Part shown: piece by piece, positions 18,327 through 28,627 of the stretch | Layout: each line of letters opens with the position of its first letter | Numbering within the stretch: the first letter of the stretch is position 1 | Source of the DNA: a virus | DNA: 64,000 nt | UHGV virus genome: UHGV-0277313 | Direction: 5' to 3' (one strand) | Notes under the pieces: model-generated | Told to the model about the DNA's origin: nothing | The model's input: only the letters and a program-made list of their open reading frames with translations | Databases searched by the model: none | Program-made: the position numbers and the translations under genes

Positions 18327-18710
18327 TTAATTCAATGAAACAGTCTTATTTGACGAAGTAGCTGTAGCAGATTCTGTTGCACGAGTACCCAAACTAATAA
18401 CATATTCAATCACTGCTGAAAAATCAGGAATGAATATCTTTTTACCTAAAGGTAACTCTGTAAAAGGATCTGCTATTCTGTTTGCTAAACAAATAATCCA
18501 AAATAACGTTTCGTCACCATAATATGCATATGCAATCAAATCAGGTGTATTTTGTTCCATATCGTTAACATAAGTTACAGTACAATTTTTGTTCAACACC
18601 CAATCCGGAAAATCATTAAATTGAAATGAATACATATCAAAATGATATCCATCAATAGCACCATCAATAACATCATAAAAATTTGTTAAATCAAAACTTG
18701 TTCCTGACAT
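18327..18710 (-). CDS. LysM-domain baseplate protein (gp53 / gpX-like)
   Basis: The segment IAYAYYGDETLFWIICLANRIADPFTELPLGKKIFIP fits the LysM consensus. Confidence 0.5.
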   Translation of the reverse strand: MSGTSFDLTNFYDVIDGAIDGYHFDMYSFQFNDFPDWVLNKNCTVTYVNDMEQNTPDLIAYAYYGDETLFWIICLANRIADPFTELPLGKKIFIPDFSAVIEYVISLGTRATESATATSSNKTVSLN

Positions 18711-19810
18711 TATTTTTTATCCTTTGTTTTACTTGGCGCTTGAACTACTTCAATATTAGAAGCGTCAACATAATCACTGCCTAATGCAAGTACCCCATTT
18801 AAAACATTCTTTAACAAACCGTCATCCATTTTTGTTAAATCAATTTCTGCCGGATTTGGTTGGTCCTGATTATTGAGCATTTTTTTAAAAGTTTCTTGAT
18901 CAACCATTGTCTTTGTTTCTATTGTCATTGTAACAGTAGCCATTACAGGCTTGGCTCTTTCAGTATTATCAACTTTCATAATATTTGTACTTGGCCCTAC
19001 GTACCTATTACTTCTAGCCATAATATATGGAATATCAACTTTTACATCTTTAACAATAACGTGTGACATTGTAAAGAAGTCGCCAAATTTCACATCAACA
19101 CGGGTACCTACACGTGTCCTTTGTTTTCCTTTTGCCAAATTTCCTTTGCTGTCTTTTTTAATTGTAACGTTTTTTACTTTTCCCGATTCATCTTTTTCAA
19201 CTTTAAATACATGACCATTAAAGCTAGTTACTAAAGGAGACGGGCCTGGTGGTATCAAACGTCCAGACTTTTCATCTATTCGTGGCTGTGCTAAAGAAGT
19301 TAACACTTCAATAATATAAAGTAAATCATTTGATGACAAACCACCACTTGTTAGTCTTGTTTCACCTGTCCTAATATTGTTCGGAGTATTTGAACGCGAT
19401 GCATACAACTCAAGTTTGACAGTCAATGATAAAGGTTTTGAACCTTGCCATACTTGAATATTATTGATCCTATGTGTTGTTGATGTACCTGAAAATAACT
19501 GAACAACCCCATTAACAAATTTACTTGACGCCAAATCCATAGGATTTATTGTTCCGAACTCATTACTGAAATGCAATGATAAAATTTCAGGACAATATGC
19601 ACGTATAATTGTCATTCCGTTATACGGCCTATTTTTAAACGTTGGTGCTTTAAATCCTGAACCTAAACCGTTTTCACCTGAAATATGAAGCTCTAAAATA
19701 TATGCAGGATCTATGTTAATTGAATCACCTTCTGGTAATGCATCATATTGATTAACAGTACCTAAAACGGCAGTCTTAAGATTTTTCAAAAAATCAACCA
19801 TGACAATCAC
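18710..19810 (-). CDS. putative baseplate hub / tail protein following the tape measure
   Basis: The ORF encodes 366 aa. Its position matches the gpD/gp27-like slot. No strong motif was found. Confidence 0.35.
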   Translation of the reverse strand: MIVMVDFLKNLKTAVLGTVNQYDALPEGDSINIDPAYILELHISGENGLGSGFKAPTFKNRPYNGMTIIRAYCPEILSLHFSNEFGTINPMDLASSKFVNGVVQLFSGTSTTHRINNIQVWQGSKPLSLTVKLELYASRSNTPNNIRTGETRLTSGGLSSNDLLYIIEVLTSLAQPRIDEKSGRLIPPGPSPLVTSFNGHVFKVEKDESGKVKNVTIKKDSKGNLAKGKQRTRVGTRVDVKFGDFFTMSHVIVKDVKVDIPYIMARSNRYVGPSTNIMKVDNTERAKPVMATVTMTIETKTMVDQETFKKMLNNQDQPNPAEIDLTKMDDGLLKNVLNGVLALGSDYVDASNIEVVQAPSKTKDKK

Positions 19811-22158
19811 CTACCCGTTGCTGCAATAGTTGTACTTGATGAAGGTATACCTCCAACAGCAGTGCTTTTCTTTGTTTGTATACTATTGTTAACGACATTA
19901 ATACTATTATTCAATTCTACTAGTAAATTCTCAATAACACAAAACTTATCATTAATAACTTTAGTGTTTTCAGGTACTGTTTTAACCATTTCTGCTGTTA
20001 ACGCTGCTGTTGGAACTTGAACTTGAGGTACATAGTTTGTTACCTGTCCTGTTAAATTGTTAACTAAATCTTGTGGAGTTTGATTAGTGTTTAATGCTGA
20101 AGTTTGATTTATATACTCTGCTGACGCCACCTTTCCAAAATAGCTAGCAACATCAAGACCAGACTCCTTTATCTTATTTGTGATTTTTATATAATCCTTT
20201 ATTTTTTTAACCTGTTCAGAAGATAATAAAATATTACTTTCTACATCTTCTTCCAAATTTTCACCAAGAATCCCTTCATTTCGTATTTGTTGAATATCAC
20301 CTTGCAACAATCTATAATTTCTTACACGACTGTTTATTTCTACTTCCAAATCTGTTAAAGTTCTTTTAGATTTATCTTTCTTTAAAATTTCAACGATATC
20401 CTCGTCTGATAAACCTCGTTTAAAATAATCTGCAGCATCATCAATCGTAATCTCTTTTTTTGATAATTTTTGAATATTCTCCATTCGTTCAGCATTTGAT
20501 TTAACTTTTTTAAGGGACTCTTCATTACTACGATCAATCGCTAAAGCTTTTTCCTTATCTCTCTTAGCCTTATCATAAAAATATTGAAACGCATTCTCAA
20601 GTAATATTGATGCAGCATACACTGCTCTAAATTGAGGTGATACTAACCCAGCAGCAGCTAAAATTCCATTAAAACCTTCTTTTAACATTCCTGATACATT
20701 ACCAATATCCAATGCTTTCTTAAATTGGTATGCATGATATGCAGTTAATCCAGCAAAAAGGCCACCGCCAAGCGAACTCAATCCTTTAGATGCAAGCTTG
20801 ACAATACCAGACAATGTTGAGAAATTCCCTAAAATTCCTTTAACACCAACAAAAGCTATTCCAATTGCTTTAGCCAAATCTTTCCAATTATTCTCAAAAG
20901 AGAATGCACCTGTCTTTATACTTGTTGCTAAATTTTTAAAAGGTGTTGTTATAAAGTCTTTTAGCCAAGCTTTGAATTGATCACCAGAAAAATATATTGC
21001 TATTAACCCTAAAGTCGAAACTAAACCTTTTTTAAATAATTCAAAAATCTCTTTCCATGAATTTGATTTCACAACATTTCCTGTTGTATTTGTAGAAACT
21101 TTTCTAGCGAACATGTCTGACATTGTTTTGTCATGAGCTTCTTCAGCGCCAATCTTTTTAGACGGCATAAAAGACCTAAACATGTTACTCATTGAGTTAG
21201 TAAATCTTGTAATAAAATTTTGCTGTTGAACTTGTGTAGTTAAATTATCCGAAGCTACTGTCTGTTCAGCAAACATGCTTTTTGTTTTAGGTTCATTACC
21301 TTTAACTAAACTTTTAACATCAATATTTTTTAGATCTTTTGTCTTCTTTAACAACTCTTCAACATTAATTGCCGAGTTACGCAATGCTATAGTAACACGA
21401 TCTTCAAGCTCTAAATTTTTCAATGTTTTACTTGCTTCTTTCTTTGCAAAAGAGAACATTGAGTTAAACATACTTTTTATATACGGACCAACACCATCAT
21501 TACTCAAAAACATTTGAGTTAATGAACCTAATGCTGGATTTATGGCCCCTAATGCTAACGTTGCTGAAGCTTTGCTTAAACCACCTATATGTGAAGCTTC
21601 ATAAGCTGACGACACTCCAGCACGCGCAGCATCAGAAAATACACTAGTTCTATTCTTGAAGTTTTCATCATAAGCTCTTAATGCACTGATTGCTTCATTA
21701 GTAGCAGCGTTCTTTTCTTTCTCTAATTCGTTTAAAAGCTCTTTTCTTTTTTCTTCTTCTTCTTTTCTTTTATCTTCAGAAGCTTTTTTCTCTGCATTTT
21801 CTACATCACTTTTTATTTTATTTAAAGCTTTATCAAAACTATCATCTATTTTTTCTGCAGATTTTTGTATATCGTCATAAACAGGATCGAGCTTTTCTTT
21901 CAACATTTCACTCATTTGTGACAATATTGATTTTGCAGATTTTGAAAAGTCTGATACGTCTTTTCCAGAAAATCTATCCGCACCTGTATCAACTTTTTGT
22001 GGTTGACTTGATTTGGACGAAGTGGCTGATTCATTTGCAAAAGAGTTCTTTGTTGATGCTTTTTTCTGTGTAACATCTTTTTCTACAGTTTTGTTATTAA
22101 CATTAACTGTAACTGAACCTTTAGTTGTAACATTAACGCTTTTATTTGAATCAGCCAT
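19807..22158 (-). CDS. putative tail tape-measure protein
   Basis: The 783-aa product has a K/E-rich coiled-coil N-half and Gly/Ala/Ser-rich hydrophobic stretches. It lies after tube and sheath on the minus strand. Confidence 0.5.
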   Translation of the reverse strand: MADSNKSVNVTTKGSVTVNVNNKTVEKDVTQKKASTKNSFANESATSSKSSQPQKVDTGADRFSGKDVSDFSKSAKSILSQMSEMLKEKLDPVYDDIQKSAEKIDDSFDKALNKIKSDVENAEKKASEDKRKEEEEKRKELLNELEKEKNAATNEAISALRAYDENFKNRTSVFSDAARAGVSSAYEASHIGGLSKASATLALGAINPALGSLTQMFLSNDGVGPYIKSMFNSMFSFAKKEASKTLKNLELEDRVTIALRNSAINVEELLKKTKDLKNIDVKSLVKGNEPKTKSMFAEQTVASDNLTTQVQQQNFITRFTNSMSNMFRSFMPSKKIGAEEAHDKTMSDMFARKVSTNTTGNVVKSNSWKEIFELFKKGLVSTLGLIAIYFSGDQFKAWLKDFITTPFKNLATSIKTGAFSFENNWKDLAKAIGIAFVGVKGILGNFSTLSGIVKLASKGLSSLGGGLFAGLTAYHAYQFKKALDIGNVSGMLKEGFNGILAAAGLVSPQFRAVYAASILLENAFQYFYDKAKRDKEKALAIDRSNEESLKKVKSNAERMENIQKLSKKEITIDDAADYFKRGLSDEDIVEILKKDKSKRTLTDLEVEINSRVRNYRLLQGDIQQIRNEGILGENLEEDVESNILLSSEQVKKIKDYIKITNKIKESGLDVASYFGKVASAEYINQTSALNTNQTPQDLVNNLTGQVTNYVPQVQVPTAALTAEMVKTVPENTKVINDKFCVIENLLVELNNSINVVNNSIQTKKSTAVGGIPSSSTTIAATGR

Positions 22159-22167
22159 TTCGCACCT

Positions 22168-22365
22168 TTAAATAAATGACTCTGTTTGGAACCGCTGACC
22201 ACCTTCAGCCTGCTCTTGCTGTTGTTCCAAAGTCTTTAGAGTTTTTTCATGTCGTTTATAGAACCACCAAAGTTCACGAAGTGGTATGTTTTCTAATTCA
22301 AACAGTTGTTGCTTCAGATGGTACGACAGGAAGTATTCTATCTCTAATAAATCGCTTGGATTCAC
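22168..22365 (-). CDS. small ORF overlapping the 3' end of the upstream gene in the +1 frame
   Basis: The ORF encodes 65 aa. Its stop lies 9 nt before the tape-measure start. Confidence 0.3.
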   Translation of the reverse strand: MNPSDLLEIEYFLSYHLKQQLFELENIPLRELWWFYKRHEKTLKTLEQQQEQAEGGQRFQTESFI

Positions 22366-23152
22366 TAGGTTGAAAGAATGATGTGATGTCGAGGGGTTCC
22401 TCTACTATCACTTCCTCCTTACAGTGTGTGCAAACAAACTTATAAGTATCTTTTACACCCCATGTAAATTCTTTTCTGAATGCAGAAATAATCATCAAGT
22501 CACTCGGTGTAAATTTACCTTCTTTGTATGCTTTAAATAATTCTTCTATTTCAATACCATTAACCTTGTTTCTAAACAAGTTTAAATCTAATAATATTGA
22601 TCGTGTATCAATATCATCTGTCGGAACATTATGTTTTTTTAGCATTGCTTCAGTGATAAATTCATCACCAATTTTTGGTGCTCTAATATACAAACCTTTT
22701 GGGTAGTTGTCAAAAGGAAGAAGAATGCCACCCTCTTCTGTTAATTCAGAAGGTACGTCTTCAATCATTAAATTTTTCGACAGTACAGGTTGTTCATTAT
22801 GCTGATTACAATTATAACAAGTAAAACCAACTTGATGTGGGAAATCAGCAAACGATTTTAAACGATACCAGTGAATCAAATATTTAAAATCATCAAAATA
22901 CATTTGATTAATATCAATATTTATATTTTCACCTAATAGCTTAATAATACCGCGAATATCAGCTGTAACTGATAAACGTTGTAAAGTTTTTGCTTGTAAT
23001 GTTGTTAAATCTTTAGCGTAAATTTCAGACTCATACAAACGTTCACCAGGAACATGTACAATTTCTGCATTACTTAAACTCGTCAGCATAGAAAAACCTC
23101 TCAAATAGCTTAAAAACAAACTAAATGAAAGAACTTTTGTTTTAAATCTCAA
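22298..23152 (-). CDS. hypothetical tail-assembly protein with two CxxC pairs
   Basis: The pairs FTCYNCNQHN and FVCTHCKEEV form a putative zinc ribbon. The start overlaps the upstream stop (ATGA). Confidence 0.35.
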   Translation of the reverse strand: MRFKTKVLSFSLFLSYLRGFSMLTSLSNAEIVHVPGERLYESEIYAKDLTTLQAKTLQRLSVTADIRGIIKLLGENINIDINQMYFDDFKYLIHWYRLKSFADFPHQVGFTCYNCNQHNEQPVLSKNLMIEDVPSELTEEGGILLPFDNYPKGLYIRAPKIGDEFITEAMLKKHNVPTDDIDTRSILLDLNLFRNKVNGIEIEELFKAYKEGKFTPSDLMIISAFRKEFTWGVKDTYKFVCTHCKEEVIVEEPLDITSFFQPSESKRFIRDRILPVVPSEATTV

Positions 23153-23952
23153 CCAGCAAAGCGACTGACGATTGAACTAATTGAACCGTATTGAGAAAAA
23201 ACATTACCTGTAAAATTATTTGTAATTAAGTCTAAAGCTTGACCAGTAACTAAAGGTTCTGCTGTAATACAATCACACATAAAAGTAATAGTTACTTTTA
23301 TACGCTCTTCTTTTGGATCCCCTTTAAAAGTCAATTTACTTATGTCTTTTGGATAGACACCTTTGAACTTAATCAAATAGACAGGAATAACTGATTTCAA
23401 ACCTAATAGATATAAATACACTGGCTTTTTATAATCACTTTGATAACCAACTATCTGTGTATCTTGAACAACCTGCTTACTCCATGTCTGATAATAAGAA
23501 ATTATTGTTGCTGAATTATCACAATAAAAATCAGCGGAAAAAGAAGTCGCAGTTGTTACGCTTTTAGGTAAATTGATTTTTGAAGGGCCTAAATTTAGTA
23601 CAGTACTTTCTATACTAGGTAATGTAAAAGAGATATTTTCACATACTGGATTGTATGAAAACCATTTAGCATTTCCTCCTCTTTTATTATCACCAGTTGT
23701 CCTTTCAAAAATTTCATTGCTTTCATGAAGACCACCTGTTGAAACACTAATAGAAGGAAATATAACTTCCCATTGTGCACTTTTTAAAGGATCAGGTAGA
23801 TTAGCAATATCTTGTGGTGTCGGGAACCTTCTCAACACTTGAGAAACACCACCAAAAGCTTTAGTAAAAGCTTTTGACGTAGTTACTTTGCCAACAGCTT
23901 CATTAACTTTTTTGGTAATGTTATTTAATGATTTGAAGGACCCGACACTCAT
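23149..23952 (-). CDS. tail-tube-like protein (possible baseplate tube initiator/cap)
   Basis: The 267-aa ORF lies immediately after the tube gene. Confidence 0.3.
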   Translation of the reverse strand: MSVGSFKSLNNITKKVNEAVGKVTTSKAFTKAFGGVSQVLRRFPTPQDIANLPDPLKSAQWEVIFPSISVSTGGLHESNEIFERTTGDNKRGGNAKWFSYNPVCENISFTLPSIESTVLNLGPSKINLPKSVTTATSFSADFYCDNSATIISYYQTWSKQVVQDTQIVGYQSDYKKPVYLYLLGLKSVIPVYLIKFKGVYPKDISKLTFKGDPKEERIKVTITFMCDCITAEPLVTGQALDLITNNFTGNVFSQYGSISSIVSRFAG

Positions 23953-23957
23953 CTAAA

Positions 23958-24464
23958 TTAATCCCACCAGTCAAATCGCCACTGAACTGATAACTTCAAA
24001 GCTTCTTTTGACATTGGGTTGAAGCTTAAATTATCAGTGCTAACAGGCCATGCACGACGTAATTTACGTGTTTTTACAGGTTCCAGTTTTGCATTTAACA
24101 AGCGAACTGTAATATCAACTTTATATTCTGTTGAGTAACCTGTAATACCAGTATCAAGATCATGCATCAAGTTTAACCAGCTTTGAAAACGATTCAGCAT
24201 GTCTGCATCCTGCGTTTCAATAACTTCAGTTTTCCATGTGCCTTCACGATGCTTTAATCCAGCATCAGTACGGGTGTTGCCACTAATACCCATGCTAATT
24301 TCATCGATTTTTTCACCAGGATATGTATATGACTGAACACGCAATTCAAACTGCTGACCATCGATTCCTTTATCACCTAAAAGGTTTTCGAAAACGAGAT
24401 CAAACAAGTAACCTTTGGCAGGATCAGTCATCTGTAATGTTTCTTCTATAGGATGAACTCCCAT
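23958..24464 (-). CDS. tail tube protein (T4 gp19-like)
   Basis: The ORF encodes 168 aa. The C-terminus LSVQWRFDWWD resembles the T4 gp19 ending TLALDYWE. It lies directly downstream of the sheath gene. Confidence 0.65.
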   Translation of the reverse strand: MGVHPIEETLQMTDPAKGYLFDLVFENLLGDKGIDGQQFELRVQSYTYPGEKIDEISMGISGNTRTDAGLKHREGTWKTEVIETQDADMLNRFQSWLNLMHDLDTGITGYSTEYKVDITVRLLNAKLEPVKTRKLRRAWPVSTDNLSFNPMSKEALKLSVQWRFDWWD

Positions 24465-24469
24465 AATAA

Positions 24470-24515
24470 ACCTCCATTTTGTTGTGTGATGCTTTGATGT
24501 TATCGCAGCATCACA
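24470..24515 (-). promoter_or_regulatory. stable hairpin in the sheath-tube intergenic region
   Basis: On the minus strand the sequence gtgtgatgct-gcgataacatcaa-agcatcacac forms a 10-bp stem with no U-tract. The SD ggagg and the tube ATG follow. Confidence 0.35.
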
Positions 24516-24522
24516 CTTTTAA

Positions 24523-27441
24523 TTAACCAACAATGCCAATAGTAGCATCCGCACGTTGAACAATTGTATTAAGTTTAATAAATTCAGCAGCGTATTCTGG
24601 CTGAATATAAATATCAATAAACATTTGATTGTTCATACGAACTTCAGGTGTATTGTTTGTTTCGTCACAAACAACCTTAAAGTCATACAAACCACCTGCA
24701 GCTTTGATTGGCGCTAACCAAGCTTCAAACTGCATTGTAATTTGTGCACGACGATAAGCTGTATTCTGTTCGAACAAGTGCCATTTAGCAGCTTCACGCA
24801 AAGAAGTTTCAATATAAATCACCATACGTGTAACATTGATACGATCTAATGCAGAAGGCTTAAATTGCAATGTCTTCTGACCCCAAATCAAATACATACC
24901 GTTTGTTTTACGAATGTAGTTGACTCCGGATGAATAAACGCTTCCTTGTTCTTCTGTGGCATATTCATAAGTTAAACCAACAGGCGTCAAAGCAGCGCAA
25001 GCGACAACACCGTTATTCATACCAGCAGGGGCAATCCAAACACCACGATTCTGATCTGTTCTTGCGATAACACCACAAGCAAAACCTGAAGGTGGTAGAG
25101 GAACTTCATTAACACCAGTAAAGGAATCGTAAACCTTTACCCAAGGAGTATAAAGTGCCGCACGATATGAATCAATACCTAACGTATTCTTACGGTAATT
25201 TTCAACATCTTGATTTGCGCCAGATTTAACACAATCAATTGGAGTATCAAATACACAGAAGCAGTCACGACGAACGTTTGCGATTTCCAACATTTTCTGT
25301 TTAACAACAGAAATGTTTTCAGAACTGTAAGCACATTCCATCAACAAGTTGACAGTAACTTGATCACGTTCCCGGAACAATTCCCAACCGTTAGCAACTG
25401 TTGATAAATCAACAGCTTCTTCAGTACTACCACCAGTCAATTTACCAGTTGTAACAGAAGTCATACGAGGGAAAGGACATTTTCCATCAGACAACAATTC
25501 ATCATTAACAACAACAGAAATGTTTTCTGATTTACCGTTAATTTTTGAAGTAATCTGTGTCTGAACACCATAACCATCGACATTGCTATACATTGTACAA
25601 TCGTTAAAGCTTTCAAGTAATGTATAATCACCATCTTCAACACGATAAACAAAAACGTCAAATTTACGTTCATCGTTTGCAGGAGCTTTAACCCAGCGCA
25701 ATTTCATACCTGAAATTGTATCTTCAGAAGTATCTGAAGGCTTTTCGTTGAGTACATAACTAAAGGCATTTGTTTCATTAACAATTGGACTTGTGTCTTT
25801 TGTATAAATGAACTCACCCATGCCAGCAATTACATACGGTTGCAGTAACAATGGATCGTGATATAATTTGGTTTCTGTACTAACAAACTGTTTCAAGATA
25901 AGATTTTCTTCGCTATCTAAAACGCAAGTGTACTTTCCTGACAACGCTTTACCATCTTCAGCAAAACTGTCATCTTCAACCAAATCTTTCAATTCGGGAT
26001 CAGTGTAAACTTTGGAACCAGCTTCAACAAACTTATATTTACCAGTATAAATAAAGAATGTTGACATTTCGTCTTCGTAATTAGAAGTTCCACCCCAGAT
26101 ACCAGTTGTTGGTACCCATTGCTTTTCTTCTTCTAAATACTTAAATTCAGCGTTTGATCCATATGCAACATTACTGACCATGAAGCGTCGAGAGCCGATT
26201 TGTCCTAAATCTTCCCATTCACTTGATGTGTATGTAGATTCAATAGGTTCAGCACTGACAGGGGTACGATAAATCGCATTACCTTCACAATCTTCCAATG
26301 TTGATTTTGAATCAGCAGCTTTAACGAAAAAGATTCCAGGAACTGTTGAATCGCGCGAAATGACAGGAATAAACCACCCATCACTTACAGATGTAATTGT
26401 TTGTTCTTCCGAACGATCTGCATGAACATAAACAGATTCACCTAAATCATCTTTAGTTGAACGAGTTGATAGTTTAGCAAATCTATAATCGTAATTTACA
26501 ACAGGTTCTTCGACATAACGTGTTGCTTCGCCATCTGAACGTAAAACTTCAGATACTTTTTTATCGGCAGGTTTTGCTACATAATATTTTGTAACATCAT
26601 TGTCTTTGTATCCGTTGTTTTCACGAACAGCGTAACAAGTTGAACCATTCACTGAAACTGCAGACACTTTAAACGTACCGTTGAAAGCATCTAAATTCGC
26701 TTTAGAAATGATAACTTTATCACCAGCTGACAAACCGTGTTCAAACGTGCCTGTGTTAACAGTTGCTGTGTATTTATGTTTCGTAACGTTCTCTGAATCT
26801 AAAACAGCTTCATCTAACAAAGAAACTGAAACAGCCTGTCTGTTTGCAGGAATGATTGTTGTTTCTGACATTTGAACACGAATATCTTCTTCGTTTGGAT
26901 TTTCACCAACAAACGCTAAAGCTGTATTCGTATCAATGACAGGATTACCATCATCGTCTAAAATTTGAATACGTTTTTTCTTCGATGGATCTGTCGGATC
27001 AACTTCATATTGATAATGTCCGTCAATAATCGAATATTTATAGAAAAACGTTTGAGCAGCACCTGTGTCGCTATCCTGTTCAACAGCTTTCTTAACTTCA
27101 TTCAAAGAATAACCGTCAAGAAACTTTTCAAAATCTCCACCTTCAACAGGAACTTTTAACCCACTGTGACGTGAATCTTCTGAACAAACACGAACAACAT
27201 ACGCTTCACCAGCATCAGACATGGCACAAGTCATACAATGACCTAAATAACCATATTTTAAATCAGGTGTACCATAAATGTTTTGGAATGAAGCAGCTGA
27301 CGTAATATACTTTCGTTTAAAGACTGAACCTCTACGAGCTTCACCAACAGCACCAATAATAGATGTGGATGCATTCTCTGTAATTTGTGATAAATCAGTA
27401 ATTTCAGGAAATACTCCAGGATACTTGCCAATAACTGACAT
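24523..27441 (-). CDS. contractile tail sheath protein (T4 gp18-like)
   Basis: The C-terminus SALDRINVTRMV...YDFKVVCDETNNTPEVRMNNQMFIDIYIQP matches T4 gp18 FDRINVRRLF...YEYRVVCDTTNNTPSVIDRNEFVATFYIQP. Confidence 0.85.
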   Translation of the reverse strand: MSVIGKYPGVFPEITDLSQITENASTSIIGAVGEARRGSVFKRKYITSAASFQNIYGTPDLKYGYLGHCMTCAMSDAGEAYVVRVCSEDSRHSGLKVPVEGGDFEKFLDGYSLNEVKKAVEQDSDTGAAQTFFYKYSIIDGHYQYEVDPTDPSKKKRIQILDDDGNPVIDTNTALAFVGENPNEEDIRVQMSETTIIPANRQAVSVSLLDEAVLDSENVTKHKYTATVNTGTFEHGLSAGDKVIISKANLDAFNGTFKVSAVSVNGSTCYAVRENNGYKDNDVTKYYVAKPADKKVSEVLRSDGEATRYVEEPVVNYDYRFAKLSTRSTKDDLGESVYVHADRSEEQTITSVSDGWFIPVISRDSTVPGIFFVKAADSKSTLEDCEGNAIYRTPVSAEPIESTYTSSEWEDLGQIGSRRFMVSNVAYGSNAEFKYLEEEKQWVPTTGIWGGTSNYEDEMSTFFIYTGKYKFVEAGSKVYTDPELKDLVEDDSFAEDGKALSGKYTCVLDSEENLILKQFVSTETKLYHDPLLLQPYVIAGMGEFIYTKDTSPIVNETNAFSYVLNEKPSDTSEDTISGMKLRWVKAPANDERKFDVFVYRVEDGDYTLLESFNDCTMYSNVDGYGVQTQITSKINGKSENISVVVNDELLSDGKCPFPRMTSVTTGKLTGGSTEEAVDLSTVANGWELFRERDQVTVNLLMECAYSSENISVVKQKMLEIANVRRDCFCVFDTPIDCVKSGANQDVENYRKNTLGIDSYRAALYTPWVKVYDSFTGVNEVPLPPSGFACGVIARTDQNRGVWIAPAGMNNGVVACAALTPVGLTYEYATEEQGSVYSSGVNYIRKTNGMYLIWGQKTLQFKPSALDRINVTRMVIYIETSLREAAKWHLFEQNTAYRRAQITMQFEAWLAPIKAAGGLYDFKVVCDETNNTPEVRMNNQMFIDIYIQPEYAAEFIKLNTIVQRADATIGIVG

Positions 27442-27620
27442 TGTATATTTCTCCTATTACTTCTTTTTGCCATTAGTTTCTTTAACAACACGAACGCCTT
27501 CAGGAAGATGTTTTAATTCTTCAGGAATAACGACTGTTGCTTTGGCAGGAATTGCATAAATCCGATCAGGATTTTTGGAAGAGGCAACAAAAACTTGTAC
27601 TTTGTTTGAATTGTAGTATT

Positions 27621-28340
27621 TCATTTGATCTCTCCTGTTTCAGACACTGAATAATTTTTAACGCCAGAGTATTGTGTATTAACCTGTACGACGAGCGGAT
27701 AATCTTTTGGTTCATCCAAAAGGTGACCCCAAACATCAACAGAAAAACCTAAACAATAAATGTAACCACTTCCACCTACTTTTTCTGATACTGACGGTAC
27801 AGTATTAATTACCGGCATATTAATAAAATAAGTAAAGTTACATTCAACCCCGTCAACAAGTTTAGATTGCCATGTATGACAAAATTCGCGATGTAAACAT
27901 CTCAAAGAAATTTTATCTTGATAATATCTAATCGCTTTAAAAGTTTCGTCCCAAATTGAAACAGTATACTTTGTTTGAAAAGATTTCATTAAAGATACTG
28001 TTTGCGATGGATCAAAACCTGTTTTGTCAATATTAATGACAAGACCTGCTTCGTTAACACGGTTACCCATAGCATGGTCAACAGATTCAAAAGATTTGTC
28101 AGGTGAAAAAGCAATGAAAGGGAATGATAATACTGATTTGTCTGATTGTAATTGCACAGACATTTTAATGTCATCTAAAGAATCTGAAGTCGTCATAAAA
28201 ATGCGATCCAAACCCCATATTGAATTACCACCATTATCAACCCTTTTATCAGCGACATTGATCATATCTAACAAGACATTTTTAATCTCGTTATCTACTT
28301 CATTCAGAGATGAACTAAAATCATAAAAGTCGCGTGCCAT
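27621..28340 (-). CDS. hypothetical protein upstream of sheath (possible tail completion protein)
   Basis: The ORF encodes 239 aa. The call rests on position only. Confidence 0.3.
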   Translation of the reverse strand: MARDFYDFSSSLNEVDNEIKNVLLDMINVADKRVDNGGNSIWGLDRIFMTTSDSLDDIKMSVQLQSDKSVLSFPFIAFSPDKSFESVDHAMGNRVNEAGLVINIDKTGFDPSQTVSLMKSFQTKYTVSIWDETFKAIRYYQDKISLRCLHREFCHTWQSKLVDGVECNFTYFINMPVINTVPSVSEKVGGSGYIYCLGFSVDVWGHLLDEPKDYPLVVQVNTQYSGVKNYSVSETGEIK

Positions 28341-28343
28341 TGC

Positions 28344-28604
28344 TTAATCAACCAAAACCTGAATCTTTTTATCTCTACCTTTTGTGTATCGAGCTGTCGG
28401 TGACTTACCACCTTTTAACCATTCTTTAACAACCAAAATATGAAAATGTACATACTGATTATGAGTCTTTTTAAAAGCTTCACAAGAACATTTGTACCCT
28501 GTCACATCACGAGTTACTAAATAGGTTCCTAATTCATGTCCGTCTCTGTCTTTCGCATCAACGAAAAATCCACTAGGCGTTTCTCTTACACGATAAATAA
28601 TCAT
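28344..28604 (-). CDS. small CxC...HxH protein (SWIM-like zinc finger?)
   Basis: The motif is GYKCSCEAFKKTHNQYVHFHIL. Confidence 0.35.
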   Translation of the reverse strand: MIIYRVRETPSGFFVDAKDRDGHELGTYLVTRDVTGYKCSCEAFKKTHNQYVHFHILVVKEWLKGGKSPTARYTKGRDKKIQVLVD

Positions 28605-28627
28605 TTAGTCTGAACCTTTTCTGATTA

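Noticed and set aside
24523-27560. T4-type late promoter TATAAATA upstream of sheath, tube, tape-measure and fibre genes
   Set aside because: The regions immediately upstream of these starts were inspected. Only near-misses (e.g. taaataaaat before 10747) were found, so late promoter architecture is not established from this window.
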